Notes: generated by a model not told the origin, from the sequence alone. A stretch of DNA of 64,000 nucleotides from Spirochaetia bacterium (GCA_963677595.1 OY782041.1:704001-768000), one strand, 5' to 3'. Shown: positions 23,730 through 33,788, numbered from the stretch's first letter. Numbers and translations are program-made.

Positions 23730-26357
23730 TTACTTCCCTTCCCCATAGAAGGCAGAGAGGTACATCTTCTTGATCTCGGAGATCAGGGGGTATCTCGGGT
23801 TCGCCCCGGTACACTGGTCATCGAAGGCCTGCTCGGAGAGCTCATCGACCTTGGCGAGGAAATCCTCTTCTTTGATCCCCCACTCCCTGATGCTCTTCGG
23901 TATGTTCAGCCGCTGCTTGAGATCCTCGATCAGCTCCATGAGCTTCACGACCTGGTCAGCATCGGTCTTTCCGCCCACCTTGAGGTAATCAGCGACCCTG
24001 GCATACCGGCTGATGGCAGTCGGGTACTCGTACTGCGGGAAGGCAGCCTGCTTGACCGGCACATCCGTGGCATTGAAGGCGATGACCTCATTGATCATCA
24101 GGGCATTGGCTACCCCGTGGGGGATGTGGAATGCCGCCCCGAGTTTGTGGGCCATGGAGTGGCAGACCCCGAGGAAGGCATTGGCGAATGCCATACCGGC
24201 CATGGTCGAGGCATTGTGGACCTTCTCCCGTGCCCGTACATCGACACCCCCGTTCTCGTAGGCTGCAGGCAGGTACTTGAAGAGGATCCTGATCGCCTCC
24301 AGTGCGATCCCGTTGGTATAGTCGGTAGCCATGATGGAGACGAAGGCCTCGAGGGCATGGGTCAGGGCATCGATACCTGACGCAGCAGTCAGCCCTGCAG
24401 GCATCGAGGTCACCAGCTCGGCATCCACGATCGCCATATGGGGGGTGAGCGCATAGTCCGCGATCGGGTACTTCATCCCCGTCCTGTCATCGGTCACGAC
24501 CGAGAAGGGGGTCACTTCCGAACCTGTTCCCGAGGTGGTTGGGATCGCTACCATGGTAGCCTTCTTCCCCATGCTCGGGAAGGAGTAGATCCTCTTCTCG
24601 ATATCCATGAAACGAAGTGCCAGCCCCTCGAAGGAGACGTCGGGATTCTCGTAGAGTAGCCACATGATCTTCGCGGCGTCCATGGGGGATCCCCCGCCGA
24701 GGCCGATGATCACATCGGGCTGGAACGCCTTCAGGATGGCTACCCCCTCATTGATGGTACTCAAGGTCGGGTCGGGCTTCACCTGGTGGAAGCACTCGGT
24801 ATCGATCCCCAGTTCATCGAGCACCCTGGTGATCTTGTCGACATACCCGTTGTTGAAGAGATAGGAGTCGGTGACGATGAAGCATCGCTTCTTCCCCTTG
24901 AGCTCCTGCAGGGCGATCGGGAGGCACCCGTACTTGAAGTAGACTTTCGGCGGTATCTTGAACCAGAGCATATTCTCCCTCCTCTCAGCAACGGTCTTGA
25001 TGTTCATCAGGTGCTTGACCCCGACGTTCTCACTCACGGAGTTGTTTCCCCAGCTTCCGCAGCCGAGGGTCAGTGAGGGCTCGAGCCTGAAGTTATAGAT
25101 ATCGCCGATCGCACCCTGTGAGGCCGGCATGTTGATCAGGACACGGCCGGTCTTCACGACGTCGCCGTACCGCTTGATGCGGTCCTGGTTCTGGAGGTCA
25201 GTATAGAGGACCGAGGTATGGCCGAATCCACCGAGTTCTACCAGTCTCCGTGCCATGTCGACTCCTTCGTCGAAATCCTTGCATGCATAGAGGGCAAGAC
25301 AGGGGCTGAGCTTCTCATGGGCGAAGGGCTCGGCATGTGATATATCCTTCACCTCGCCGATGAGGATCTTGGCTGTCTCCGGGACCTCGATGCCTGCGAG
25401 CTTGGCGATCGCGGAAGCCTTCTGCCCGACGATCGCGGCATTGATCGTCCCCCGCTTCTTGTCGAGGATCACGTCCCTGACCTTGTCGAGTTCCTTCCCG
25501 CCCAGGATGTATGCTCCCCGGTCGGCGAACTCCTTCCTCACTGCGGCATAGAGGTTCTTATGGACGATGACAGACTGTTCTGAGGCACAGACGACCCCGT
25601 TGTCGAAGGTCTTGCTCAGGATGACCGAATTGACCGCCATCTTGATATCTGCCGTCTCATCGATCACGGCCGGGGTGTTACCCGCCCCTACCCCGATAGC
25701 AGGTTTCCCTGATGAGTAGGCCGCCTTGACCATCCCGGGACCGCCTGTTGCCAGGATCAGGTTGATCGCATCATGCTTCATCAGCTGTGCTGAGAGTTCG
25801 AGGGAGGGTTCCCGGATCCAACCGACGAGACCTGCCGGTGCACCGGCAGCCTCTGCAGCCTTCTTGATGATGCGTGCGGCCTCTACGGTCGACTCCTTGG
25901 CCCGCGGGTGGGGTGAGAAGATGATCGCGTTCCGCGTCTTCAGGGCGATCAGCGCCTTGAAGATCACCGTCGATGTCGGGTTCGTCGTCGGCACGATACC
26001 GCAGATCACGCCGATGGGCTCCGCGATCTTCTTGATCCCGAAGGACTGGTCGTCCTCGATCAGCCCGCAGGTCTTGGTATCCTTGTACTTGTTGAAGATG
26101 AACTCGGATGCAAAGTGGTTCTTGATCACCTTGTCCTCGACGATCCCCATCCCCGTCTCCGCTACTGCCATCTTGGCAAGCTCGATCCTTGCCTCATTGG
26201 CTGCGATCGCCGCATTCCGGAAGATCGTGTCGACCTGCTCCTGCGTATACTTCGCATAGACTGCCTGTGCCTGCCTGACCTGTGTGATCAGCAGTTCCAA
26301 CTCCTCTGCCGTCTTGGCACCGGTGAACTGGACATCATTCGTGGTCTTGGTACTCAT
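23730..26357 (-). CDS. adhE: Bifunctional acetaldehyde-CoA/alcohol dehydrogenase
   Basis: ALDH (PTTNPTST, ATGGPGMV, CASEQ, EKLSP), linker LGCGSWG, Fe-ADH (GGGSPMD, HSMAHK); start MSTK after SD GGAGG. Confidence 0.96.
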   Translation of the reverse strand: MSTKTTNDVQFTGAKTAEELELLITQVRQAQAVYAKYTQEQVDTIFRNAAIAANEARIELAKMAVAETGMGIVEDKVIKNHFASEFIFNKYKDTKTCGLIEDDQSFGIKKIAEPIGVICGIVPTTNPTSTVIFKALIALKTRNAIIFSPHPRAKESTVEAARIIKKAAEAAGAPAGLVGWIREPSLELSAQLMKHDAINLILATGGPGMVKAAYSSGKPAIGVGAGNTPAVIDETADIKMAVNSVILSKTFDNGVVCASEQSVIVHKNLYAAVRKEFADRGAYILGGKELDKVRDVILDKKRGTINAAIVGQKASAIAKLAGIEVPETAKILIGEVKDISHAEPFAHEKLSPCLALYACKDFDEGVDMARRLVELGGFGHTSVLYTDLQNQDRIKRYGDVVKTGRVLINMPASQGAIGDIYNFRLEPSLTLGCGSWGNNSVSENVGVKHLMNIKTVAERRENMLWFKIPPKVYFKYGCLPIALQELKGKKRCFIVTDSYLFNNGYVDKITRVLDELGIDTECFHQVKPDPTLSTINEGVAILKAFQPDVIIGLGGGSPMDAAKIMWLLYENPDVSFEGLALRFMDIEKRIYSFPSMGKKATMVAIPTTSGTGSEVTPFSVVTDDRTGMKYPIADYALTPHMAIVDAELVTSMPAGLTAASGIDALTHALEAFVSIMATDYTNGIALEAIRILFKYLPAAYENGGVDVRAREKVHNASTMAGMAFANAFLGVCHSMAHKLGAAFHIPHGVANALMINEVIAFNATDVPVKQAAFPQYEYPTAISRYARVADYLKVGGKTDADQVVKLMELIEDLKQRLNIPKSIREWGIKEEDFLAKVDELSEQAFDDQCTGANPRYPLISEIKKMYLSAFYGEGK

Positions 26358-26373
26358 ACGTAAACCCTCCATT

Positions 26374-26455
26374 ACGATAAATTTTTATCTATTTAGTTTA
26401 CGCCACCACTATACACAGATTAATCGATACATGTCAATCGATATAAATATATCTT
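26374..26455 (-). promoter_or_regulatory. adhE promoter flanked by two 18-bp Rex-like palindromes
   Basis: rc TTGACA (26432-26437)-18-TATAGT (26408-26413); sites TAGATAAAAATTTATCGT (26374-26391) and AAGATATATTTATATCGA (26438-26455). Confidence 0.65.
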
Positions 26456-26493
26456 TTAGAGTTTTTTGGGGTTTTTCTGATTATTTCGCTTAG

Positions 26494-27168
26494 TTACCGG
26501 ACTTTCTTCCGTACAGTCCGCTTCTTCTGCTCGATGGAGGTACGCAGCTTCGAGGAGAGCTCGGCGAAGCTGGTCGCCAGGTCCGTCCTCTGGACGATGA
26601 TCTCCTCAGGCAGCCTGAGGTTCTTCGGGGCGAAGTTCCAGATGCCCTTGATGCCACCCGCTACCAGCCGTTCAGCGATCTCCTGCGCGTAGATCGCCGG
26701 GACAGTGAGGACTGCGATGTTGATGCCCATGGACTCGATGACACCTTCGAGCTCATCCATCGCCTGTATCTCGATGTCATAGCTCTTCGTCCCGACCTTC
26801 TTGGGGTCCTCATCGAAGATGGCCACGATCCTGAGCCCATAGTTCTCGAACCCTTTATAGCCGACGAGGGCGTTCCCAAGGTGTCCGGCACCGACAAGGA
26901 TGGCATCAGAGGTATTGTCCCAGCCGAGATGGTGCTCGATCGCATGGATGAGTTCGGTCAGCTCGAAACCTACCTTTGGTTTTCCCTCGACACCGGTACA
27001 GGCCATATCCTTGCGGACCTGTATCGGCTTGAGCCTGAGGTCGACCGCAAGCTTGGTCGCCGAGACCCAGGTGTCACCATTCGCCTGATAATCCTTGAGC
27101 ATGCGCAGATAGGCAGGGAATCTTCGTATCGTCGGCAATGGTATGGAGAAAATGGTTTCTTTACTCAT
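26494..27168 (-). CDS. rex: Redox-sensing transcriptional repressor Rex
   Basis: PTIRRFPAYLR, QVRKD, VGAGHLG Rossmann motif, GIWNFAP. Confidence 0.93.
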   Translation of the reverse strand: MSKETIFSIPLPTIRRFPAYLRMLKDYQANGDTWVSATKLAVDLRLKPIQVRKDMACTGVEGKPKVGFELTELIHAIEHHLGWDNTSDAILVGAGHLGNALVGYKGFENYGLRIVAIFDEDPKKVGTKSYDIEIQAMDELEGVIESMGINIAVLTVPAIYAQEIAERLVAGGIKGIWNFAPKNLRLPEEIIVQRTDLATSFAELSSKLRTSIEQKKRTVRKKVR

Positions 27169-27271
27169 AAGCACCTAATCATCATCAAAGTGGACCGGAG
27201 TCAGGAACTCCTGGCTCCGCTAAGGTAAACTATAATACATGAACCAAGTAAAATCAATCGGCGCTTGGTAC

Positions 27272-28132
27272 TCAGGCCATATTCCTGAGTTGCCCTTCGA
27301 CCGCCTCGATCAGCCAATCCGGGGTCGAAGCCCCTGCGGTGACCCCTATCTCACGGAAGACGCACATATCGGCGGTGACCTCCTCCGGCGAGTTAATATG
27401 CCAGACGTTCGCGGTACACGCAGCGGCCAGTTCATAGAGCCGCCTGGTGTTCGAACTGCCCTTCCCACCGATGACGATGACCGCTTCCACCCTGCTGCAG
27501 AGTTCTGTAAGTGCCTGCTGCCTGTTGCTCGTCGATGGGCAGATGCTCCTCACGACCGTCAGGGGGAAGCCTGCCGCATCCGAGAGGAGCTGCAGCTTTG
27601 CTGCGATCCCGTCAAACCGGGAGCTCGAGAAGGTCGTCTGGGACAGGAGGGTCACCGGTCGGTCGATAGTGAGGGAGGATACCTCCTCGAGTCCATGGAT
27701 GATCCGGACCCGGGAAGGATCCGCCGCAGCCCCTGCCACAGCCGTGACCTCGCCGTGCCCCGGGTCACCTACCAGCACCACGACATCGCCGGCATCAGTA
27801 CGCTCCCTGACGATCCTCTGGGACCTGAGGACTCTCGGACAGGTCCCGTCCACCAGCCGATAGCCCGCCTCCTCGAAGGAGGTGCGCAGTCCCCCGGGAA
27901 TGCCGTGCGCACGGATCACCGCGATGCCGGGTTCGGCATCTTCCGGGTTCGTGACGATCCCCACGCCCTGGGAAGCCAATCGTGCAAGGTACTGTTCGTT
28001 GTGGATCAGCGGGCCGATCGTATAGACCGGCAGCCCCTCAGCCTTCCCGAGGCGTATCGCCTCCTCGACCTTCAGGATCGCGCTCTGGACTCCGGAACAG
28101 ATCCCCATGACCCGTGACCGTACAATATGCAT
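27272..28132 (-). CDS. ispH: 4-hydroxy-3-methylbut-2-enyl diphosphate reductase
   Basis: GICSGV, IHN, RAHG, DGTCPRV, QTT, ICPST, SSNT, TAGASTP. Confidence 0.92.
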   Translation of the reverse strand: MHIVRSRVMGICSGVQSAILKVEEAIRLGKAEGLPVYTIGPLIHNEQYLARLASQGVGIVTNPEDAEPGIAVIRAHGIPGGLRTSFEEAGYRLVDGTCPRVLRSQRIVRERTDAGDVVVLVGDPGHGEVTAVAGAAADPSRVRIIHGLEEVSSLTIDRPVTLLSQTTFSSSRFDGIAAKLQLLSDAAGFPLTVVRSICPSTSNRQQALTELCSRVEAVIVIGGKGSSNTRRLYELAAACTANVWHINSPEEVTADMCVFREIGVTAGASTPDWLIEAVEGQLRNMA

Positions 28133-28140
28133 ACTGCCTC

Positions 28141-28773
28141 CTACCGCTTCAGGCTGAGCGCCGCACCCTGCCCCACCGGCAGGATGGTCGAGTAGTACCG
28201 GGCATCGGCGAACAGCCTGCTGTTGTACTGCTGCACATGCACACCGAGTCCCTTGCGGATCTTCGGGTCGAACTGCAGGAGCGTGTCATCGGTGACGAGC
28301 AGTCCCCCCGGTGCGAGGAGCGTATAGATATCCTCGTACACGATATCATAGACATACTTCCCGCAGTCCTGGAAGATGAGGTCATACTGCTCCCCGGCCC
28401 TGACGGCCTCGGGGATGAGCTCCTCGACATCACCGAACCGGAACTCGAGCACCTCATCGATCCCGGCCTTCCCGAAGTTGCCGGCAGCCTCACGGCTCGT
28501 CCGCTCATGGTTGTCCATGGCGACAAGCACCCCGCCGGTCTCCTTCACGGCCTCTGCCAGCCAGATGGTCGAGTAGCCGATGCCGGTCCCCAGCTCCAGG
28601 ACCCGTCTTGCCTTCCCCAGCCTGATGAGCAGCCCGAGCAGCTTCGCGAGCTCCGGCTCAATGAACGGCTGTATATCATCCCGGTGCGGGGCCTCCGCAT
28701 CAAGGAGCGGGAGCAGGTCATTATCATAGGAGACGAGCCCCCGTATATAGTCTATCATCCGTTCATCCTGCAT
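28141..28773 (-). CDS. Class I SAM-dependent O-methyltransferase (YrrM/TrmR-like)
   Basis: VLELGTGIGYS, YDLIFQD, LAPGGLLVTD. Confidence 0.82.
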   Translation of the reverse strand: MQDERMIDYIRGLVSYDNDLLPLLDAEAPHRDDIQPFIEPELAKLLGLLIRLGKARRVLELGTGIGYSTIWLAEAVKETGGVLVAMDNHERTSREAAGNFGKAGIDEVLEFRFGDVEELIPEAVRAGEQYDLIFQDCGKYVYDIVYEDIYTLLAPGGLLVTDDTLLQFDPKIRKGLGVHVQQYNSRLFADARYYSTILPVGQGAALSLKR

Positions 28774-28812
28774 ACGGATTCCCTCCAGTGGCTGTGACTG
28801 CCCCTATCATAG

Positions 28813-28843
28813 AAGAAGCCGCCCTGCAATGCAAGGCGGCTTC
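28813..28843. terminator. Hairpin after secF
   Basis: AGAAGCCGCC...GGCGGCTTCT. Confidence 0.55.
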
Positions 28844-28865
28844 TGGGATTACTGGTTAACAACGA

Positions 28866-30194
28866 CTATTTCTTAGTCTGGCGTTTTCCCTTCTTCTTCC
28901 GTTCGATCGACGGGATCTCAACATCCTCGTTCACTACGGTAAGCTTTGCAGGCTCTGCGGAAACAGGCTCATCAGCTTCGGCAGTCTTGCCGAGATGCTC
29001 GTCCGACTTATGCTTGATCCTCTTCATGAGGGTAAGCAGTACCGGGGAAGCGATGAAGATCGATGAATACGTACCGACCACGATACCGACGATGAGGTTG
29101 AGTGCGAACAGCTTGATAGAGCCGGTCGCGAAGATGAACAGCGGTATGACAGCCAGGAGCGTGGTAAGTGAGGTGATCAATGTCCTGCTCAGTGACTGTG
29201 TGATACTGGTATTGATGATCCCGGAGAGGGCTGAGCCCTTCATCCCCTTGGTGTTCTCCCTGATCCGGTCGAACACGACGATGGTATCATTGAGGGAGTA
29301 ACCGATGATGGTCAGGACCGCCGCGATCGTGGTGGTCGACACCTCGAGCCTGAAGACGGCGATGAAGCCGAGCATGATCAGGACGTCGTGAGCCAGGGCC
29401 GTCAGGGCCGAGATGGCATACGCGAGCTTGAACCGTACCCAGATGTAGATCGCGATCAGGATGAGCGCGACGATGACCAGGATGATCGAGCTTGTGGTAA
29501 GGGCTGCCGAGAACTTGGGCCCGACATAGTCAGAACCCTTGATGACGACACTGTGGTCCCCGAACTGGCTCTTGAGCAGCGCGAAGATATCGGCTTCGAG
29601 CTCATCCTTAGCCCCTTCGGATTCAGTCTCTGCCCTGATCTGGAACTCCTGGTTGTAGTCGTCACCGACGACCTGTACCTGGGCCACGTTCATCGAGGAG
29701 AGAGCCTCCCTCATCTCATCGATGGTGATGAACGAGGAGGAATCAGCATTCGCGATATTCACATATACCGGTGCTGCCGAGATCTCATAGGGAAGGCTCA
29801 GGCCAGTGACGATCGAGTCAGTCGATGCTGAGGCAGGGCCGATCAGGGCCGCCTCGACACCGTAGGTCCCCTGCAGGGCACCCACGAGATCCCCGATGGT
29901 CGGGTAGGCAGCAGCAGTGAAGCTGGTAGCAGCGACCCCATTCTCATCCCTGAGCGTGAGGACCACGGTACTGCCGTTGACATCGAAGGTGATCTCCCCG
30001 GAAGTCTCCGGGACGGTCAGGGAGAATCCCTCATCGGCTATCTGGACCCGCTGGCTCAAGCCCGCCTGGAAGTCGATACTGAGGTTGAAACCGCCGAGCA
30101 CGATCATGCCGACGATACCGCCGATGATCAGCAGGATTGACAGGCCGAACATATAGTTCCGCATGTTTGTGAAGTTGATGGTCTTAGTACTCAT
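28866..30194 (-). CDS. secF: Protein translocase subunit SecF
   Basis: SIDFQAG, VGPKF, LAHDV, GYSLNDTIVVFDRIRE, GTYSSIFIA. Confidence 0.94.
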   Translation of the reverse strand: MSTKTINFTNMRNYMFGLSILLIIGGIVGMIVLGGFNLSIDFQAGLSQRVQIADEGFSLTVPETSGEITFDVNGSTVVLTLRDENGVAATSFTAAAYPTIGDLVGALQGTYGVEAALIGPASASTDSIVTGLSLPYEISAAPVYVNIANADSSSFITIDEMREALSSMNVAQVQVVGDDYNQEFQIRAETESEGAKDELEADIFALLKSQFGDHSVVIKGSDYVGPKFSAALTTSSIILVIVALILIAIYIWVRFKLAYAISALTALAHDVLIMLGFIAVFRLEVSTTTIAAVLTIIGYSLNDTIVVFDRIRENTKGMKGSALSGIINTSITQSLSRTLITSLTTLLAVIPLFIFATGSIKLFALNLIVGIVVGTYSSIFIASPVLLTLMKRIKHKSDEHLGKTAEADEPVSAEPAKLTVVNEDVEIPSIERKKKGKRQTKK

Positions 30195-31912
30195 TACAGC
30201 CTCCAGTCGATGTGCAGTTTCTCTACACCCCTCTGCTCTACAGCAAAGTCAAAGATGAGTCGTGAGACGAACAGGGCTGTGAACATTGAACTGACGATAC
30301 CGACAGCAAGGGTGTTTGCGAACCCTGCCACGGATCCTGAGCCAAGCTGTGAGAGGACCAGGGCCGCGATGAATGTCGTTATATTCGCATCCATGATGGT
30401 CCAGAAGGCTTTCTGGAACCCGGCCTTCACTGAGGCTTCAGCCGACTTACCGAGTCGGTACTCCTCCTTGATCCTCTCGAAGATGATGACGTTCGCATCA
30501 ACGGCCATACCCACAGTGAGGATGAGACCGGCGATACTGGTCAGCGTCAGCGTCAGGTTGAACGCTGAGAGGACTGAGAGCATCAGCACCAGGTTCATCA
30601 GCAGCGCGATGCCAGCGATGATCCCGGCCCTCCGGTAGTAGATCGCCATGAAGATGATGACCAGGACGAACCCGATCGCGATCGCACGAAGACCGCTCGA
30701 CACCGCATCCTCTCCGAGGGAGGCACCCACAGCCTGCTGGTTGATGACGTTCAGCTCGATCGGCAGCGCTGCCGTCTTGAGGACGATAGAGAGCGCCTGG
30801 GCCTCTTCCGAGGAGAAACCGGTGATCTGGACACTTGAACGGATGGGTTCGCTGATGTTAGCCATCGCCTTGACCTTGCCGTCCATGACGACCGCCATGG
30901 TCTCGTTGGTATGGGTGGAGGTCAGCTTGTAGAAGATCTCGCCGCCGTCATCATCGAGCTGGAAGTTGACGGTAGGACGACCGGTTATGGGGTTGGTCCC
31001 CGTTGTAGCCTCCATGATATGGATCCCGTCAAGACCGACTTCCTCTTCGAGGACTACGAGCCGCTGGAGCTCATCGATCCCGTAATCGTCTTCCACATAA
31101 TAGCCGGCAACGATCTTCCCTGCGTCAAGGAAGTCATGCTGCTTGATCGCACCGCTGTCGGTGAACTGCTCCGCAGGATTCTCGGCAACATACGCCTGTA
31201 CCTGCTGGGAAGCTTCCTCATCCACGATGTGGAAGGTCAGTGAGCCTTTACCGAGGAGGAACGAGTTGATCCGCTCAGGATCTGCCGCACCAGGCACATC
31301 GACGAGGATCTGGTCGGATCCCTGCAGCCTGATGTCAGGTTCGGTCACGCCGAACTGGTCGATCCTGTTATTGAGGATCTCCATATCTTCCTGTACCTTG
31401 GCTGAGACCTCTGCCTCGGAGATGTCCCTGCCGACCTTCTCGGCATATGCATCGGTATCTGCCTCGAGCAGCACACTCATACCGCCTGACAGGTCAAGAC
31501 CGAGCTGGAGGACAGAGGAGCTGTCTTCCTTGATCCCGATCAGATCAGACCGGTAGTAGTTTTCGATCGCATTGAACAATCCCTGCTCTGTTGAGAAGGC
31601 CCTCATCACATCTTCAACGGTCCAAGCCCCTGAAGGTGTATCAATTCCGCGACTCTTATATGAATCTTTGGCTACTTCTTTCAAGTAGTCGTAGTCTCCG
31701 GGGAGGGCATCTGAGACACTCATAGCCTTCAGGTCCCGGAGCTCCTGCGTCGCAAGACCTCGAGCATACTCTTTGATCTGCTCTTTCGATCCTGTCGCAA
31801 GGTCCTTTGTCTCCTGTGGTACCGCAAAGTACCAGCTGATCGTCGGATAGAGGAAGACCCCTGCGACAACCAGCACCAGGAGCACGATGAACAAACGTCC
31901 GCGTTTAGTCAT
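30194..31912 (-). CDS. secD: Protein translocase subunit SecD
   Basis: LGLDLSGG, RIDQFGVTEP, GMAVDANVIIFERIKEE. Confidence 0.95.
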   Translation of the reverse strand: MTKRGRLFIVLLVLVVAGVFLYPTISWYFAVPQETKDLATGSKEQIKEYARGLATQELRDLKAMSVSDALPGDYDYLKEVAKDSYKSRGIDTPSGAWTVEDVMRAFSTEQGLFNAIENYYRSDLIGIKEDSSSVLQLGLDLSGGMSVLLEADTDAYAEKVGRDISEAEVSAKVQEDMEILNNRIDQFGVTEPDIRLQGSDQILVDVPGAADPERINSFLLGKGSLTFHIVDEEASQQVQAYVAENPAEQFTDSGAIKQHDFLDAGKIVAGYYVEDDYGIDELQRLVVLEEEVGLDGIHIMEATTGTNPITGRPTVNFQLDDDGGEIFYKLTSTHTNETMAVVMDGKVKAMANISEPIRSSVQITGFSSEEAQALSIVLKTAALPIELNVINQQAVGASLGEDAVSSGLRAIAIGFVLVIIFMAIYYRRAGIIAGIALLMNLVLMLSVLSAFNLTLTLTSIAGLILTVGMAVDANVIIFERIKEEYRLGKSAEASVKAGFQKAFWTIMDANITTFIAALVLSQLGSGSVAGFANTLAVGIVSSMFTALFVSRLIFDFAVEQRGVEKLHIDWRL

Positions 31913-31985
31913 TGTGAAACTCCATTAGAGATATTAATCAGAAGGGTCAACCCGGTACGGGTTCACCCCCTGCTCTCTCGTATTC

Positions 31986-32435
31986 TTATTTTTTTTCCTG
32001 CTCTGCAGATTCGGTCTCTTCAGCATCAGCCGCTTTTTCGACGGCTGCAGGCTTCTTCACGGCACCTTTCTTCGCAGCAGGTTTTGCGGCAGCAGCCTTC
32101 TCTTCTTTCTTGTTGATGACGCTTGAGATAGCGCCTTTCGAGAATTCGATCTTGGCATTGTCATCGACCTTGAGTACGACCGCATCATCCTTCACGGACA
32201 TTACCGTACCCCGGATGCCGCCGATCGTGACGACCTTGTCGCCCTTCTTCACGGCACTGATCATCTCCTTGGTCTCCTTCTCCTTCTTCCGCTGAGGACG
32301 GATGATCAGGAAATAGAAGACAAGGATGATTAATCCAAAGGTGACGAAGGTCGTCACCATGGAACCTGACGTTGCTTCTCCACCAGAGGCAGGGGCTGCC
32401 ATCAGTGCAGGAAAAGCTGAAAATAATGCTGTCAT
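31986..32435 (-). CDS. yajC: Preprotein translocase subunit YajC
   Basis: FYFLIIRPQRK, KGDKVVTIGGIRG; start placed at MTALF after SD GAGG. Confidence 0.92.
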   Translation of the reverse strand: MTALFSAFPALMAAPASGGEATSGSMVTTFVTFGLIILVFYFLIIRPQRKKEKETKEMISAVKKGDKVVTIGGIRGTVMSVKDDAVVLKVDDNAKIEFSKGAISSVINKKEEKAAAAKPAAKKGAVKKPAAVEKAADAEETESAEQEKK

Positions 32436-32601
32436 AGTATGATTCCTCACATGTTTTTTATTGATAGTATCGAGAAAAAGTATCATTTTAATCCCCAGTA
32501 GTCAAGGAAGATTCCCAGAGCGCAGATGGAAGTCTCCCTACTTCCTCGCTTTTTCCTCCCCCCATCGTCACCAGAGGCAGATCTTATTCAGATGATCTGT
32601 G

Positions 32602-32647
32602 TTGACATCTGGAAATTCATGGGGTATCATACGTAAAAGATTACGTA
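32602..32647 (+). promoter_or_regulatory. Promoter with palindromic operator over the transcription start
   Basis: TTGACA-17-TATCAT, then TACGTAA-aaga-TTACGTA. Confidence 0.65.
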
Positions 32648-32699
32648 GTCATTTCTATATGGCAAATCTGTATTCATACATTGAGAGAGGCAACAGCAT

Positions 32700-33743
32700 A
32701 TGTCGACATTACGGGAAAGGAACCTGCAGCGACTGCGGGAAAGCATCGCGGGAGAGAGATCAGACGGCCATGCCGTCTTCAACTTCTATACATTCCCCTT
32801 CTTCAAATCCATCACGGGAGTCAACCTCGACGAGTACTTCCATAATCCGCAGGTGACCCTCGACTGCCAGGTCGAGGCCCTGGAGCTGCTCGACGGGATC
32901 GGCAACCCGGTCCCGGACATGGGGGCCGTCGCTGAGGCCAGCGGTCTCGGCGGGGTCGTTCGGTTCGATGATGCGGGGTTCATCTCGGTACATCCGAACC
33001 CGAGGATCGCTGCCGCAGAAGGGATCAGCGACCTGGACTGGCTCGAACCTGGCGACCCCTACGGTGACAACTACATGGGGCAGGCCCTCAAGACCCTGGA
33101 ATACATGGTAGACCATTGTCCCGAGGGGTACAGGATCAACCCGCATCCGGTCATGGGTCCCTTCACGGTAGGGGCTAACATCAGGGGGATCAGCCAGTTC
33201 AGCATGGATGCACTGCTCGATCCGGACCTGGTGGAGAAGATCATGGACGTGGTCATCGAGACGACGATCAGGTTCATGAAGGCCCAGGAGAAGATCCTCG
33301 GTTCCCTTCACCATATATTCATCGCGGATGACCTGTCGGCATTCCTGAGTGAACCGCTCTACCGTGAGCTCATCCTCCCCGGCTACCTCAGGCTGTTCGA
33401 GGATTTCCCCAACACCCAGCGATGGCTCCATAACGACTCCACAGCACGGCATGTGGCACCAGCCATAGCAGATTCCGGCATGGTCGCCTGGCAGTACCTG
33501 CCCGAGATCGCGCCGATGGATGCACTCGAGTTGACAGGGGGGAAGTTATCACTGCTCGGGGGGCTGAGCCCGCTCGACCTGCAGGGGTGGACAGAAGAGG
33601 AGACCTATGCGAACTGCACGAAGGTGCTTGAGTCATTCAACGGGAACAACCGCTGCGTCCTCGCAGCTGGAGGTTCGGTCAACCAGGTGCCGATACCGAA
33701 CCTCAAGGCCATGTTCAGGGCTGCAGATGACTTCAAGCTGTGA
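32700..33743 (+). CDS. Uroporphyrinogen decarboxylase (URO-D/MtaA) superfamily protein, function unknown
   Basis: GPFTV..IRG, IFIADD, LHND, GGLSP and AAGGS URO-D-like barrel pattern. Confidence 0.75.
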   Translation: MSTLRERNLQRLRESIAGERSDGHAVFNFYTFPFFKSITGVNLDEYFHNPQVTLDCQVEALELLDGIGNPVPDMGAVAEASGLGGVVRFDDAGFISVHPNPRIAAAEGISDLDWLEPGDPYGDNYMGQALKTLEYMVDHCPEGYRINPHPVMGPFTVGANIRGISQFSMDALLDPDLVEKIMDVVIETTIRFMKAQEKILGSLHHIFIADDLSAFLSEPLYRELILPGYLRLFEDFPNTQRWLHNDSTARHVAPAIADSGMVAWQYLPEIAPMDALELTGGKLSLLGGLSPLDLQGWTEEETYANCTKVLESFNGNNRCVLAAGGSVNQVPIPNLKAMFRAADDFKL

Positions 33744-33788
33744 TCAGGCTTAGGTGAGTGGAGGTATGCATCGGGATTCGGTGCGTCC

